This document shows positions 1-11,000 of a stretch of DNA of 64,000 nucleotides, piece after piece (position 1 is the stretch's first letter; each line of letters begins with the position of its first letter). The DNA comes from Bacteroidota bacterium. GTDB lineage: Bacteria; Bacteroidota; Bacteroidia; Bacteroidales; VadinHA17. The position numbers were made by a program, and so were the translations under genes. The notes below the pieces were generated by a model. It saw only the letters and a program-made list of their open reading frames with translations, was not told the DNA's origin and searched no databases. Location: positions 6,402-70,401 of the forward strand of contig DSCJ01000115.1 in the NCBI GenBank assembly GCA_011049175.1. Reading direction: 5' to 3'.

Positions 1-693
1 TTAAGCCTGAAACCCACCAAAGACAGTATGGACTACATGAAGTCGGATATGGCAGGTGCGGCTGCTGTAGCCGGTGCCATGTACGCCATCGCACGTTCAC
101 AGCTTCCGGTCCATGTGCTGGCCCTGGTGCCAGCCACCGATAACCGCCCCGACGGGAATGCCTATGCTCCGGGTGATGTGATCACGATGTACGACGGGAC
201 AACGGTGGAAGTGCTCAATACCGACGCCGAAGGACGGATGATCCTGGCCGATGCCCTCAGTTATGCCCGGCAATACGAGCCGGAACTCGTTGTGGAGCTT
301 TCCACCCTTACCGGATCGGCCAGCATGGCTCTCGGTCCTTATGGCATCGTGGGAATGGGAAATGCGGGAAAAAGCCTTTTTACCCGGCTTCAGCAATGTG
401 GGGAAGAGGTATACGAACGGGTAGTGGAATTCCCCTTCTGGCAGGAATACCGCGATCAGCTGAAAAGCGAAATAGCCGACCTGAAGAATATAGGCGAAAG
501 AGAAGGCGGAGCCATTTCTGCCGGAAAATTTCTGGAACATTTTACCGGCTATCCTTTCATCCACCTCGATATTGCAGGTCCTGCCTTCCTGAACAAAGAG
601 AACCATTACAGGAAAAAAGGAGGTACCGGGGTGGGTGTGAGGCTCCTGGTAAGGTTCTTCCGCGAAATCACTCTTGAAAAAGAGAAACGGTAA
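1..693 (+). CDS. pepA: Leucyl aminopeptidase (M17), C-terminal part; gene starts before the window
   Basis: Frame is open from base 1 (LSLKPTKDSMDYMKSDMAGAA). Contains the M17 motifs NTDAEGR, TLTG and HLDIAG. Confidence 0.93.
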   Translation, partial: LSLKPTKDSMDYMKSDMAGAAAVAGAMYAIARSQLPVHVLALVPATDNRPDGNAYAPGDVITMYDGTTVEVLNTDAEGRMILADALSYARQYEPELVVELSTLTGSASMALGPYGIVGMGNAGKSLFTRLQQCGEEVYERVVEFPFWQEYRDQLKSEIADLKNIGEREGGAISAGKFLEHFTGYPFIHLDIAGPAFLNKENHYRKKGGTGVGVRLLVRFFREITLEKEKR

Positions 694-725
694 TCATTGT
701 AAACACATTAATTCTTTTCGTGACC

Positions 726-1805
726 ATGTCAAATGATAAAATCAGGGTAGGAATCACTCAGGGAGATATCAATGGAATTGGATATGAAGTGATTATCAAA
801 ACCCTGCAGGATAACAGGTTGTATGATACCTGCGTGCCGGTTGTTTACGGTTCGCCAAAGGTAGCAGCATACCACCGGAAGGCAGTCAATATTCAGAAAT
901 TCAGCTTCAACAATATCCGGCATGCTGCCGAAGCGCATGAGAAACGCCCCAACATGGTCAATGTGGCTGACGACGATATCCGGGTGGAGCTGGGGAAGGC
1001 CACCCCCGCCGCCGGAGAAGCGGCTCTGGCAGCCCTGCAGGCAGCGGTTAAAGACCTGAAGGCAGGCCTGATCGATGTGCTGGTAACCGCTCCCATCAGC
1101 AAATATTCCATCCGTTCCGGCGAATTCTCTTTTCCCGGCCATACGGAATACCTGGCCTCAGAATTCGGCGGAGAAACCCTGATGCTGATGCTAAGTGATG
1201 TCATGCGCGTGGGGATGGCTACCGGGCACATCCCCCTGCACGAAGTTCCCGGTCAGATTACGGAAGACCTGATCCTGAGGAAATTGCGTATCATGGAACT
1301 CTCCATGCAACGCGATTTCATGATCCGGAAACCCCGCCTGGCCGTTTTGAGTCTGAATCCACATGCAGGTGAAGAAGGGATTCTGGGGGAGACGGAACAG
1401 GAGATCATCGTACCTGCCCTGAAAACCGCCCGGGAGGAAAACATACTGGCTTTCGGCCCATACCCGGCCGATGGTTTCTTCGGATCGGGAAGTTTCCGGA
1501 ATTTTGATGCCATTCTGGCCATGTACCACGACCAGGGGCTGATCCCTTTCAAATCGCTGGCTTTCGATACCGGCGTAAACTTCACAGCCGGCCTGGAAGT
1601 GATCCGTACCTCGCCGGCCCATGGAACCGCTTTTGATATAGCTGGTGAAGACAAGGCTTCTCCCGACTCCTTCCGCCATGCACTGTACGCAGCATGCGAC
1701 ATTTTCAGAAACCGGAAAATGTATGAAGAGATCACCAGCAATCCCCTTTCAGGAGAACCTTCCCCGCAGAACGGGGAGGGTGAAGAAGAGGTGCCGGAGG
1801 AATAG
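726..1805 (+). CDS. pdxA: 4-hydroxythreonine-4-phosphate dehydrogenase
   Basis: Motifs GITQGDINGIGYE, FPGHTEYL, LNPHAGE, AMYHDQGLIPFK and RTSPAHGTAFDIAG. ATG at 726. Confidence 0.95.
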   Translation: MSNDKIRVGITQGDINGIGYEVIIKTLQDNRLYDTCVPVVYGSPKVAAYHRKAVNIQKFSFNNIRHAAEAHEKRPNMVNVADDDIRVELGKATPAAGEAALAALQAAVKDLKAGLIDVLVTAPISKYSIRSGEFSFPGHTEYLASEFGGETLMLMLSDVMRVGMATGHIPLHEVPGQITEDLILRKLRIMELSMQRDFMIRKPRLAVLSLNPHAGEEGILGETEQEIIVPALKTAREENILAFGPYPADGFFGSGSFRNFDAILAMYHDQGLIPFKSLAFDTGVNFTAGLEVIRTSPAHGTAFDIAGEDKASPDSFRHALYAACDIFRNRKMYEEITSNPLSGEPSPQNGEGEEEVPEE

Positions 1806-1915
1806 ACCCCGCACCTGCCGAATAACATACGGTAAATCTGCCGGGTGAATGGGAAAATGCCGCAGAACATAACCAAACATTGTCACTGCCGCTGGATATT
1901 GTCTGTTTTTACCTG

Positions 1916-1923
1916 TAATTTTG
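1916..1923 (+). promoter_or_regulatory. Bacteroidota -7 promoter box for maeB
   Basis: TAATTTTG matches TAnnTTTG, 40 nt upstream of the ATG. Confidence 0.6.
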
Positions 1924-1962
1924 GTAAAAACTATCAAATCTCATCATCAAAACCCCAAAACC

Positions 1963-4248
1963 ATGGCAAAAATTACCAAGGAAGAAGCGCTGGAATATCA
2001 TTCCAAGGGCCGTCCCGGAAAAATTGAAGTGATCCCCACCACCCCCCATTCCACCCAGCGGGATCTGTCCCTGGCCTACACCCCCGGGGTAGCCTCCCCC
2101 TGTCTCGAAATCAAAGACCGCCCGGAAGACGTATTCCGGTACACCGCCAAGGGCAACCTGGTGGCGGTGGTAAGCAACGGCACGGCTGTTCTTGGTCTGG
2201 GCGATATCGGCGCCATGGCAGGAAAACCCGTTATGGAAGGGAAAGGCCTGCTTTTTAAGGTATTTGCCGATGTAGACGTATTCGATATTGAAGTGGATGA
2301 AAAAAATATTGACCGGCTGATCGAGATCGTGAAAGCTATTTCGCCTACATTCGGGGGTATCAACCTGGAAGATATCAAGGCTCCTGAATGCTTTGAAATA
2401 GAACAACGTTTGATCGAAGAACTCGACATCCCGGTTTTCCATGATGACCAGCACGGAACCGCGATCATTTCCGGGGCAGGATTGCTAAATGCCCTGGAGA
2501 TCAGCGGAAAGAAAATCGACAAAATCAAAATGGTAGTCAGCGGCGCGGGAGCCGGAGCCATTGCCTGCACAAAATTCTATATATCGCTCGGCGTGAAAAA
2601 GGAAAACATCGTAATGTGCGACAGCAAGGGTGTGCTGAACAGGAAAAGAAAAGACCTGAACAAACACAAGCAGGAGTTTGTGACCGACAGGAATGTCGAT
2701 ACCCTGGCCGATGCCGTTAAGGGAGCCGACCTGTTTCTGGGACTATCAGTTGCCGATCAGCTCACTCCCGAAATGCTGAAAACCATGGCCGACCACCCCA
2801 TTGTTTTTGCCATGGCCAACCCGAATCCGGAAATAGAATACGATGTGGCCGTAGCTACCCGCTCCGACCTGATCATGGCCACCGGCCGGTCGGACTACCC
2901 CAATCAGATCAACAACGTACTTGGTTTCCCCTTCATCTTCCGGGGCGCCCTGGATGTACGGGCCAGAAAGATAAACGAGGAAATGAAAATTGCCGCATGC
3001 AAGGCCCTGGCCGACCTGGCCAAAGAACCCGTGCCCGAACAGGTCAATACGGCTTACAATGTAAGGAATCTGTCCTTCGGGCGGGATTACATCATCCCCA
3101 AGCCGCTGGATCCCAGACTGATTACCCGGGTAGCTCCGGCTGTAGCAAAAGCGGCCATGGATACCGGCGTGGCACGTAAACCCATTACCGACTGGGAAGC
3201 CTATGAACTGGAACTGAACCGCCGGCTGGGTTACGGAAACAAGCTGGTAAACGATATCCTGCAAAAGGCCAAATCAGAGCCCAAACGGGTTGTTTATGCC
3301 GACGCCAGCAATTTCAAAGTACTGAAGGCCGTGCAGAGCGTGGTGCATGAAGGCATAGCCCGGCCCATCCTGCTCGGACCGAAGGACGAGATCATGGAAA
3401 TCATTCGCGAAAACAAACTGGAATTCGATGAAGAGATCCACATCATCGATCCTCGCTCCAAAGAAGAAGCCGGTCGAAGAAAAGAATTTGCCGACATCTA
3501 TTTCGCTAAAAGACAGCGTAAGGGAGCCACTCTGGACGAAGCCAGGGAGCTGATGTTCGACCGCGACCATTTCGGCATCATGATGGTGGAAACCGGACAG
3601 GCCGATGCCTTTATTTCTGGTTTTGCGCGGAAATATGCCGACGTAATCCGGCCTGCCCTGCAGATCGTGGGTACCAACAACACCCAGAAACATATTGCGG
3701 GTATGTACATCGTCATTACCAAGAAAGGACCGTTCTTCTTCGCCGACACCACAGTCAACATCAATCCCGATGCCCGAACCCTGGTAAACAACACCCTGCT
3801 CACGGCCGAAGAAGTGCGCAGGTTCAATATAGAACCCGTGGTGGCCCTGGTTTCCTATTCCAATTTCGGATCCATCAGAACCGGAAGCCCGCGCCTGGTA
3901 CAGGAGGCCATTGATATTCTCCACAAAGAACACCCCGATCTTATTGTCGACGGCGAAATGCAGGCCAACTTTGCTTTCAACCGGAGCCTCCGGGAAGGCA
4001 GGTTCCCGTTCACCAAACTTCAGGGAAAAGAGGTCAATACCATCATCTTCCCCAATCTGAGCTCGGGAAATATCGCCTATAAAATGATGCAGGAAATTGG
4101 AAATGCCGAAGTGATCGGGCCCATCCTGCTGGGGATCAACAAACCCATCCATATTCTTCAGCTCGATTCATCGGCCCGTGAGATCATCAATATGACCGGC
4201 ATTGCTGTGGTGGATGCCCAGTGCCGGGCCGATGACACTTGCTTCTGA
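1963..4248 (+). CDS. maeB: NADP-dependent malic enzyme with C-terminal phosphotransacetylase-like domain
   Basis: Motifs [26 protein letters not shown] and [12 protein letters not shown]; PTA-like C-terminus ([19 protein letters not shown]). Likely ATG at 1963. Confidence 0.95.
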   Translation: MAKITKEEALEYHSKGRPGKIEVIPTTPHSTQRDLSLAYTPGVASPCLEIKDRPEDVFRYTAKGNLVAVVSNGTAVLGLGDIGAMAGKPVMEGKGLLFKVFADVDVFDIEVDEKNIDRLIEIVKAISPTFGGINLEDIKAPECFEIEQRLIEELDIPVFHDDQHGTAIISGAGLLNALEISGKKIDKIKMVVSGAGAGAIACTKFYISLGVKKENIVMCDSKGVLNRKRKDLNKHKQEFVTDRNVDTLADAVKGADLFLGLSVADQLTPEMLKTMADHPIVFAMANPNPEIEYDVAVATRSDLIMATGRSDYPNQINNVLGFPFIFRGALDVRARKINEEMKIAACKALADLAKEPVPEQVNTAYNVRNLSFGRDYIIPKPLDPRLITRVAPAVAKAAMDTGVARKPITDWEAYELELNRRLGYGNKLVNDILQKAKSEPKRVVYADASNFKVLKAVQSVVHEGIARPILLGPKDEIMEIIRENKLEFDEEIHIIDPRSKEEAGRRKEFADIYFAKRQRKGATLDEARELMFDRDHFGIMMVETGQADAFISGFARKYADVIRPALQIVGTNNTQKHIAGMYIVITKKGPFFFADTTVNINPDARTLVNNTLLTAEEVRRFNIEPVVALVSYSNFGSIRTGSPRLVQEAIDILHKEHPDLIVDGEMQANFAFNRSLREGRFPFTKLQGKEVNTIIFPNLSSGNIAYKMMQEIGNAEVIGPILLGINKPIHILQLDSSAREIINMTGIAVVDAQCRADDTCF

Positions 4249-4267
4249 ACCTTCTATGGCCTGAATG

Positions 4268-4315
4268 AACAGAAAGGGGATTGCCTGCAGGAAAGGGCAG
4301 TCCCCTTTCTGTTTT
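4268..4315 (+). terminator. Intrinsic terminator after maeB
   Basis: AACAGAAAGGGGATTGCC...GGCAGTCCCCTTTCTGTT stem followed by Ts. Confidence 0.75.
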
Positions 4316-4384
4316 ATCCAGGATACGCCTCCATCCTGTTAAATTTTCACTATTTTAGCCGCAGGTACCATAAATGGCGGCGGC

Positions 4385-4978
4385 ATGTACGAATACATCG
4401 AAGGATCCCTGGCAGAAATCTCCCCGACACATCTGGTGGTGGAAACCACGGGACTGGCTTACCACATACAGATATCCCTGTATTCCTATTCCCGGTATAC
4501 GGAAGAAGACCGGACCGGAAAAAAGGTTAAGGTGTATCTGCACCATATTGTAAGGGAAGATGCACAGTTGCTTTACGGATTCTATGACAGGCGGGAAAGA
4601 CAGATCTTTCGGCAGCTAATCTCGGTTTCCGGGGTAGGAGCGGGTACGGCCAGAATGATCCTTTCCGCACACCGGCCTGCAGAAATAGAAAAAGCCATTA
4701 TGCAGGCGGATGTCAACCTTCTGAAAAGCATCAAGGGAATCGGGATCAAATCGGCTCAGCGGATCATTGTTGACCTGAAAGGCAAAATAGGGAAAGATGC
4801 CGATGCCGGAGAAATTTTCGCCGCCGCAAGCAATACCCGGCGTGAAGAAGCGTTATCAGCATTGATAACACTGGGATTTCCGAAAGTCGCCGCCGGCAAG
4901 GTTATCGATTCCATTCTGGCTGAAAATCCGGAAGGGAATGTGGAAGAACTGATCAAGCTGGCGCTGAAACGGTTATAA
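4385..4978 (+). CDS. ruvA: Holliday junction branch migration protein RuvA
   Basis: Motifs VREDAQLLYGF, LISVSGVG, IKGIGIKSAQRIIVDLK and EALSALITLGF. Confidence 0.96.
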   Translation: MYEYIEGSLAEISPTHLVVETTGLAYHIQISLYSYSRYTEEDRTGKKVKVYLHHIVREDAQLLYGFYDRRERQIFRQLISVSGVGAGTARMILSAHRPAEIEKAIMQADVNLLKSIKGIGIKSAQRIIVDLKGKIGKDADAGEIFAAASNTRREEALSALITLGFPKVAAGKVIDSILAENPEGNVEELIKLALKRL

Positions 4979-5002
4979 CCCTCTTTTTACACCGGATCGC
5001 TT

Positions 5003-8000
5003 TTGCACAGAAAGGTTAAATATATCTGTATACTGACCCTTGGACTGTGGGCCGGTCAGGTAGCCGGATGGTTTGCCTCTCCCGTGAATGCACAGGACCC
5101 CCGGCAGGATACAACCCGTATCCCCCCTCCCGATCTTCCCTACCCCATACCGGTACGTTCGCACACCCTTCCCGGAAAGAAGGTTGAATCTCCCCTGTTC
5201 CTGAAAAATCCGTCGAATTTCGAAACCCGGGTGGATTACGATACCGAAACCAACCGGTATATCATTTACGAAACTGTGGGAGGACTGGAGATAGACCTGC
5301 CCAGGGTCATGACACCTGAAGAATACAGGCAATACCGTTACGACCAGATCATGCGGGAATACTGGCGATTACATGCCAGCGGCGACGAATCGGCCGGGGC
5401 TTCGTCCCTGATCCCCAAAATTTATGTTGAAAGCGAAGTTTTCGATAAAATTTTCGGAACCAGCACCATCGACATCAAACCCCAGGGAACGGCCGAGCTG
5501 ATCTTCGGCATCAATTCGTCGCGTATTGACAATCCGCAGCTCTCGGAAAAACTCCGCCGGGTTACCACTTTCGATTTCCAGGAAAAAATCCAGATGAATG
5601 TTACCGGAAGTATTGGCGATAAAATGAAGCTGGGCGTAAATTACAATACCGAAGCCACCTTTGATTTTGAAAACAAGACCAAGCTGGAATATTCGGGCCA
5701 TGAAGACGAGATCATCAAAAAAATCGAGGCAGGCGACGTCACCTTACCCCTGTCGGGCTCATTGATCACCGGAAGCCAGAGCCTGTTCGGGTTGAAAACC
5801 GAACTGCAGTTCGGCCGGCTCACAGTCACCAGCGTTTTTTCCCAACAGAAGGGGGAAACCTCTGTGATTGAGGTAAAAGGCGGAGCCCAGCAGAACGAAT
5901 TCGAAGTGTTTGTTGACGAATACGATGCCAACCGGCATTTTTTCCTCTCACACTACTTCCGGGAAAGGTACAACGAGGCCCTGGCCAACCTCCCGGTGAT
6001 CAATTCACCCGTCCAGATTACCCGGGTGGAAGTGTGGGTTACCAACAAAAACAGCGATTTCGAGAATTCCAGGAATATCGTTGCCTTTATGGACCTGGGT
6101 GAAAACGAACGCATTCACAATGCCTATTTCACTCCCGATCCCGCCTATCCTTTCCCCGATAACCGGAGCAATTCCCTGTACGATGAAATGACGGGACCAT
6201 ACAACGTGCGCGATATCAGCACAGTTTCCCAGGTACTCGACGGTTTCCCCGCTGCCGATTTCAGTATCGGGCAGGATTTCGAGAAGATTGAAAATGCCCG
6301 CAAGCTGGCCCCTAACGAATATACTTTTCATCCCACCCTGGGATACATTTCCCTGAACGCAGTCCTGCATTCCGATGAAGTGCTGGCAGTGGCCTATGAA
6401 TTCAGGGCAAACGGAAAAGTGTACCAGGTAGGAGAATTTTCCTTCGACGGAATCAATGCCCCCGACGCCCTCATCCTCAAACTCCTGAAAGGCACTAACC
6501 TAACCCCAAAACTGCCCACCTGGGACCTGATGATGAAGAATATTTATGCTATCGGAGCATACCAGGTCAACCCGCAGAATTTCGAGATGAACATCATTTA
6601 CATGGATGACCAGGCCGGGACAGGAATCAATTATATCCGGGAAGGGGATATAAAAGATCAGATCCTGCTGCGGGTGATGAACCTCGACAACCTGAACAGC
6701 CAGATGGATCCTTATCCCGACGGGATGTTCGATTTCATTGAAGGGGTGACCATTCTTCCGTCCAACGGCAGGGTTATTTTCCCCGTGCTGGAACCGTTCG
6801 GCTCTTACCTGAGGGAAAAGATCGGGAACGATGCCCTTGCCGACAAATACGTATTCGAAGAACTGTATGACTCCACTCTGGCCCGGGCCATTCAGGTGGC
6901 TGAAAAAAATAAATTCAGGCTGCAGGGAACCTACCAGTCGTCTGTCAGTTCCGAGATTCCTCTGAATGCCCTCAATGTACCACAAGGCTCGGTGGTGGTA
7001 ACGGCCGGAGGCATCCAGCTGAAAGAAAACATCGACTATACAGTGGATTACACTCTTGGCAGGGTTAACATCCTCAACACCGGGCTTCTCGAATCGGGAA
7101 CCCCCATCCGGATATCTTTGGAAAGCAATCAGCTGTTCAATATCCAGACAAAAACCCTGGTGGGATCGCACTTCGATTACCGGATATCGGATAATTTCAA
7201 TGTCGGGGCCACCATCCTGAACCTTACGGAACGCCCACTGACCCAGAAAGTAAACATCGGGAACGAACCCATATCGAATACTATATGGGGGGTCAATTCT
7301 TCCTTCCATACCGAAGCGCCCTTTATCACCCGGATGGTGGATTTCCTTCCCTTCGTCAATACCAACCAGCCCTCTTCCATCACCTTCTTCGGCGAATTTG
7401 CCCACCTCATCCCTGGGCACAGCCGGGCTATTGAAAAACAGGGAATTACATACATCGATGATTTCGAAGGCAGTGAAACCAGCATCGATCTGAAGTCTAT
7501 CCCCCCCTGGGTGCATGCCAGCACACCCCAGGGACAACCCGACATGTTCCCGGAAGGAGCCCTTAGCAACAATCTGGCGTACGGGTTTAACCGGGCCCGG
7601 TTGGCCTGGTACGTGATCGACCCCCTGTTCCTGAGGAACAATTCCTCCACACCGGCACACATAAAAAACAATCCCGACCTGCAGTCGAGCCACTATGTAA
7701 GGGAAGTATTCGAAAAGGAAATATGGCCCAACAAGGAAAGTCCCAGCGGCATCCCCACCAATATTGCCGTTCTCAATCTATCCTTCTATCCCAGGGAAAA
7801 AGGTCCCTACAATTACGATACAGGCCCCTCCATGTATTCGGCAGGACTCGATCCATCAGGATACCTGTCGTCTCCCGAAACCAGGTGGGGGGGCATCATG
7901 CGCGAAGTCCCTATCAAGGATTTTGAAACCTCAAATATCCAGTTTATCGAATTCTGGCTGATGGATCCCTTTGTGGAAGACAGCCTCAACCCCGGCGGGG

Positions 8001-11000
8001 AACTGTATATTAACCTGGGAAACGTATCTGAAGATATTCTTCGCGACGGCAGAAAAAGCTTTGAGAACGGGCTGCCAACCTCGCCGGAAGAAGAAGCCCT
8101 GATGGATACCACGGTATGGGGACGTGTTCCAAAAACACAGTCGCTGGTAAAGGCATTCGACCAGGCCGCACGGAAACAGCAGGATATCGGGCTTGACGGA
8201 CTGAATAATGAGCAGGAACAGGAGTTTTACAACGACTATGTTCAGCAGATCTCTTCACAGGTCAGTGATCCGGCCATGAGGGAAGAGCTCATCAATGATC
8301 CTGCACAGGATGATTTTCATTACTTCCGGGGATCGGACTACGATGCCATGGAACTCGGCATTCTGGAGCGGTACAAGAAATACAACGGGCTGGAGGGAAA
8401 TTCCCCGGCCTTCGAGGAAACGACCGAAGATTACCCCACCAGCGGCTCCACCCTGCCGAATGAAGAAGATATCAACCGCGACAACACCCTGAGCGAAACA
8501 GAAAGCTACTACCAGTACAAGGTCGACATAAGGCAGGATTTCTTCGATGTGGGCCGGAATTACATCATCAACCGCGAAAGAGCCACCGTGGAATTTGCCA
8601 ACGGAAAACAATCTTCCGTCGACTGGTATCAGTTCCGTATCCCGGTGACCGATTTTGAACGGATTGTTGGGAACATCCAGGATTTCAAATCCATTCGTTT
8701 TGTACGCCTGTTCCTAAAAGGTTTCGAAAAAGAAACCCACCTGCGGTTCGCCCGATTCGAGCTTATCAGGGGAGAGTGGAGAAAATACAACCTCAGCATA
8801 TGGGAGGGAGGAGAACGGGAAACCACCGAGGAACTGACCGACGCATCCTTCGAGATCGGATCGGTAAACATCGAGGAGAACGGGGGCAAGGACCCCGTTA
8901 ACTACGTTCTTCCTCCCGGAATTACCCGCGTGATTGACCCCACCAATCCCGAGCTCAGGCAGCTCAACGAACAGTCCATCGTACTGAAAGTACGTGACCT
9001 GGCCGACGGGGATGCCCGTGCCGCTTTCCGGAACGTGAATCTTGATATCAGGCAGTACAAAAGGCTGGAAATGGAAGTACATGCCGAGGCCCTTCCGGGA
9101 ATCAACCTTCAGGACGATGAAATCCACGTTTTTATCAGACTTGGATCCGATTACCGAAACAATTTCTATGAATACGAAATTCCGGTCAAACTCACACCTC
9201 CCAAACCCCCCGGAGGCTACAGCAACGAAAGCGCGGACGACCGGCGCATCGTGTGGCCCGAGGAAAACCGCTTTGACATCCCCCTGGAACTGTTCCAGGA
9301 CGTGAAGCAAACCCGGAACAATGAAATGCAAAACCCGGCAAACCGGGTGTCGGTGAATGACCTTTTTTCCATGATCGTTGACGGACGCCGCGTCAGTGTA
9401 ACAGGCAACCCCAACCTCAGCAATATCCGCACCATCATGATCGGGATCAGAAACCCCTCACAACAACGTAATCAGGCTTCAGACGACGGCCTCCCCAAAT
9501 CGGCGGAAGTGTGGATGAATGAACTCCGGCTGACGCATTTCAATGAGGAAGGAGGATGGGCCGCCAATGCCAGGGTCACCACCCGCCTGGCCGACCTGGG
9601 ATCGATCGACATAGCCGGCAGCACCAGTACCCCCGGTTTCGGAAGCATAGAAAAAAAAGTGAATGAACGGAGCAAGGAAACGATCATGCAGTACGATATA
9701 TCGTCCAATCTGGAACTGGGGAAATTCCTGCCCGATGCGTTGAATTTCCGCATACCCATGTATATCGGTTTTTCAGAAGGGATCATCAACCCGCAGTACA
9801 ACCCCCTCGATCCGGATATCCCGCTGAGAAAGGCCCTTAACAATGCCGAAACCCGCGCTGAACGCGATTCCATCCTGAAAAATTCACAGGATATCACCCG
9901 GAGGAAATCCATCAATTTCACCAATGTGCGAATCGAAAAAAGGCAGGGGAAACCCCATTTCTGGGATATTTCTAATTTCGCCTTCAGCTACAGCTATCAC
10001 GAAACATACCACCGCGATATAAAAACCGATTTTCATATACAGAAAAATTACCGGGGAACCATCAACTATATCTATAATGCCCGGCCGAAACCCGTTGTTC
10101 CCTTTCAACAGTCGCAGCTGTTCCGCCGGCCGATTTTCCGCCTGATCAGGGACTTTAACTTCAACTACATGCCTTCGCATATCTCCCTGCGAACCGATAT
10201 GTACCGGTATTACGAAGAAAAAAAGCTGAGGAAAATCGACCATCCCGATCTGAGGATCGAACCCACATTCAGGAAAGATTTTGAATGGAATACCTATTTC
10301 GACCTGAAATACGACCTCACCCGGGCATTGAAGATCGATTTTTCCTCATCCAACACCGCCCGGATCGATGAACCGGAAGGAGGGGTTGACCGGGAACGCT
10401 ATGAAGACGGCTATACCCTGTGGAAAGATTCTGTCCTGACCAACCTGAAAAATATGGGACGTACCATTTCCTACCACCACAGCCTGAACGTAAACTATAC
10501 CCTTCCCATCAACAAGATCCCCCTGTTCAACTGGATCACCGTGAATGCCCGGTACAACGCTACCTTCGGATGGGATGCCGGCCCGCAATTTGCCGATACT
10601 TCGGATATTGAACTCGGAAACACCATCAAGAATTCCAATACCGGTCAGCTGTCGGGACAACTGAATATGAACAACCTGTACAATAAGGTGGGTTTCCTGA
10701 AAAAGGTCAATGACAAGTACCGGAATAACCGCAGGGTGGATACCCGGGAAAAGGAATACAAAACCGTTACTTATGAAAGAAAGGGGGTATACATTTCCGA
10801 TAACCGGCCCAGATCCATCGTGCATAATCTGAAAACAGAAGACATACAGGTAACCATCTTTGATGAGAATAACCGGGAAATCGATCTGGATGTGGAAATA
10901 ATGGATGAAAGGAGGATACGCATCAACAGCGATACCATTTACCGGGGCACCCGGGTGGTAGTGGAAGGACAGGTGGAAAAAGGCGAAAGCGTGCTTACAC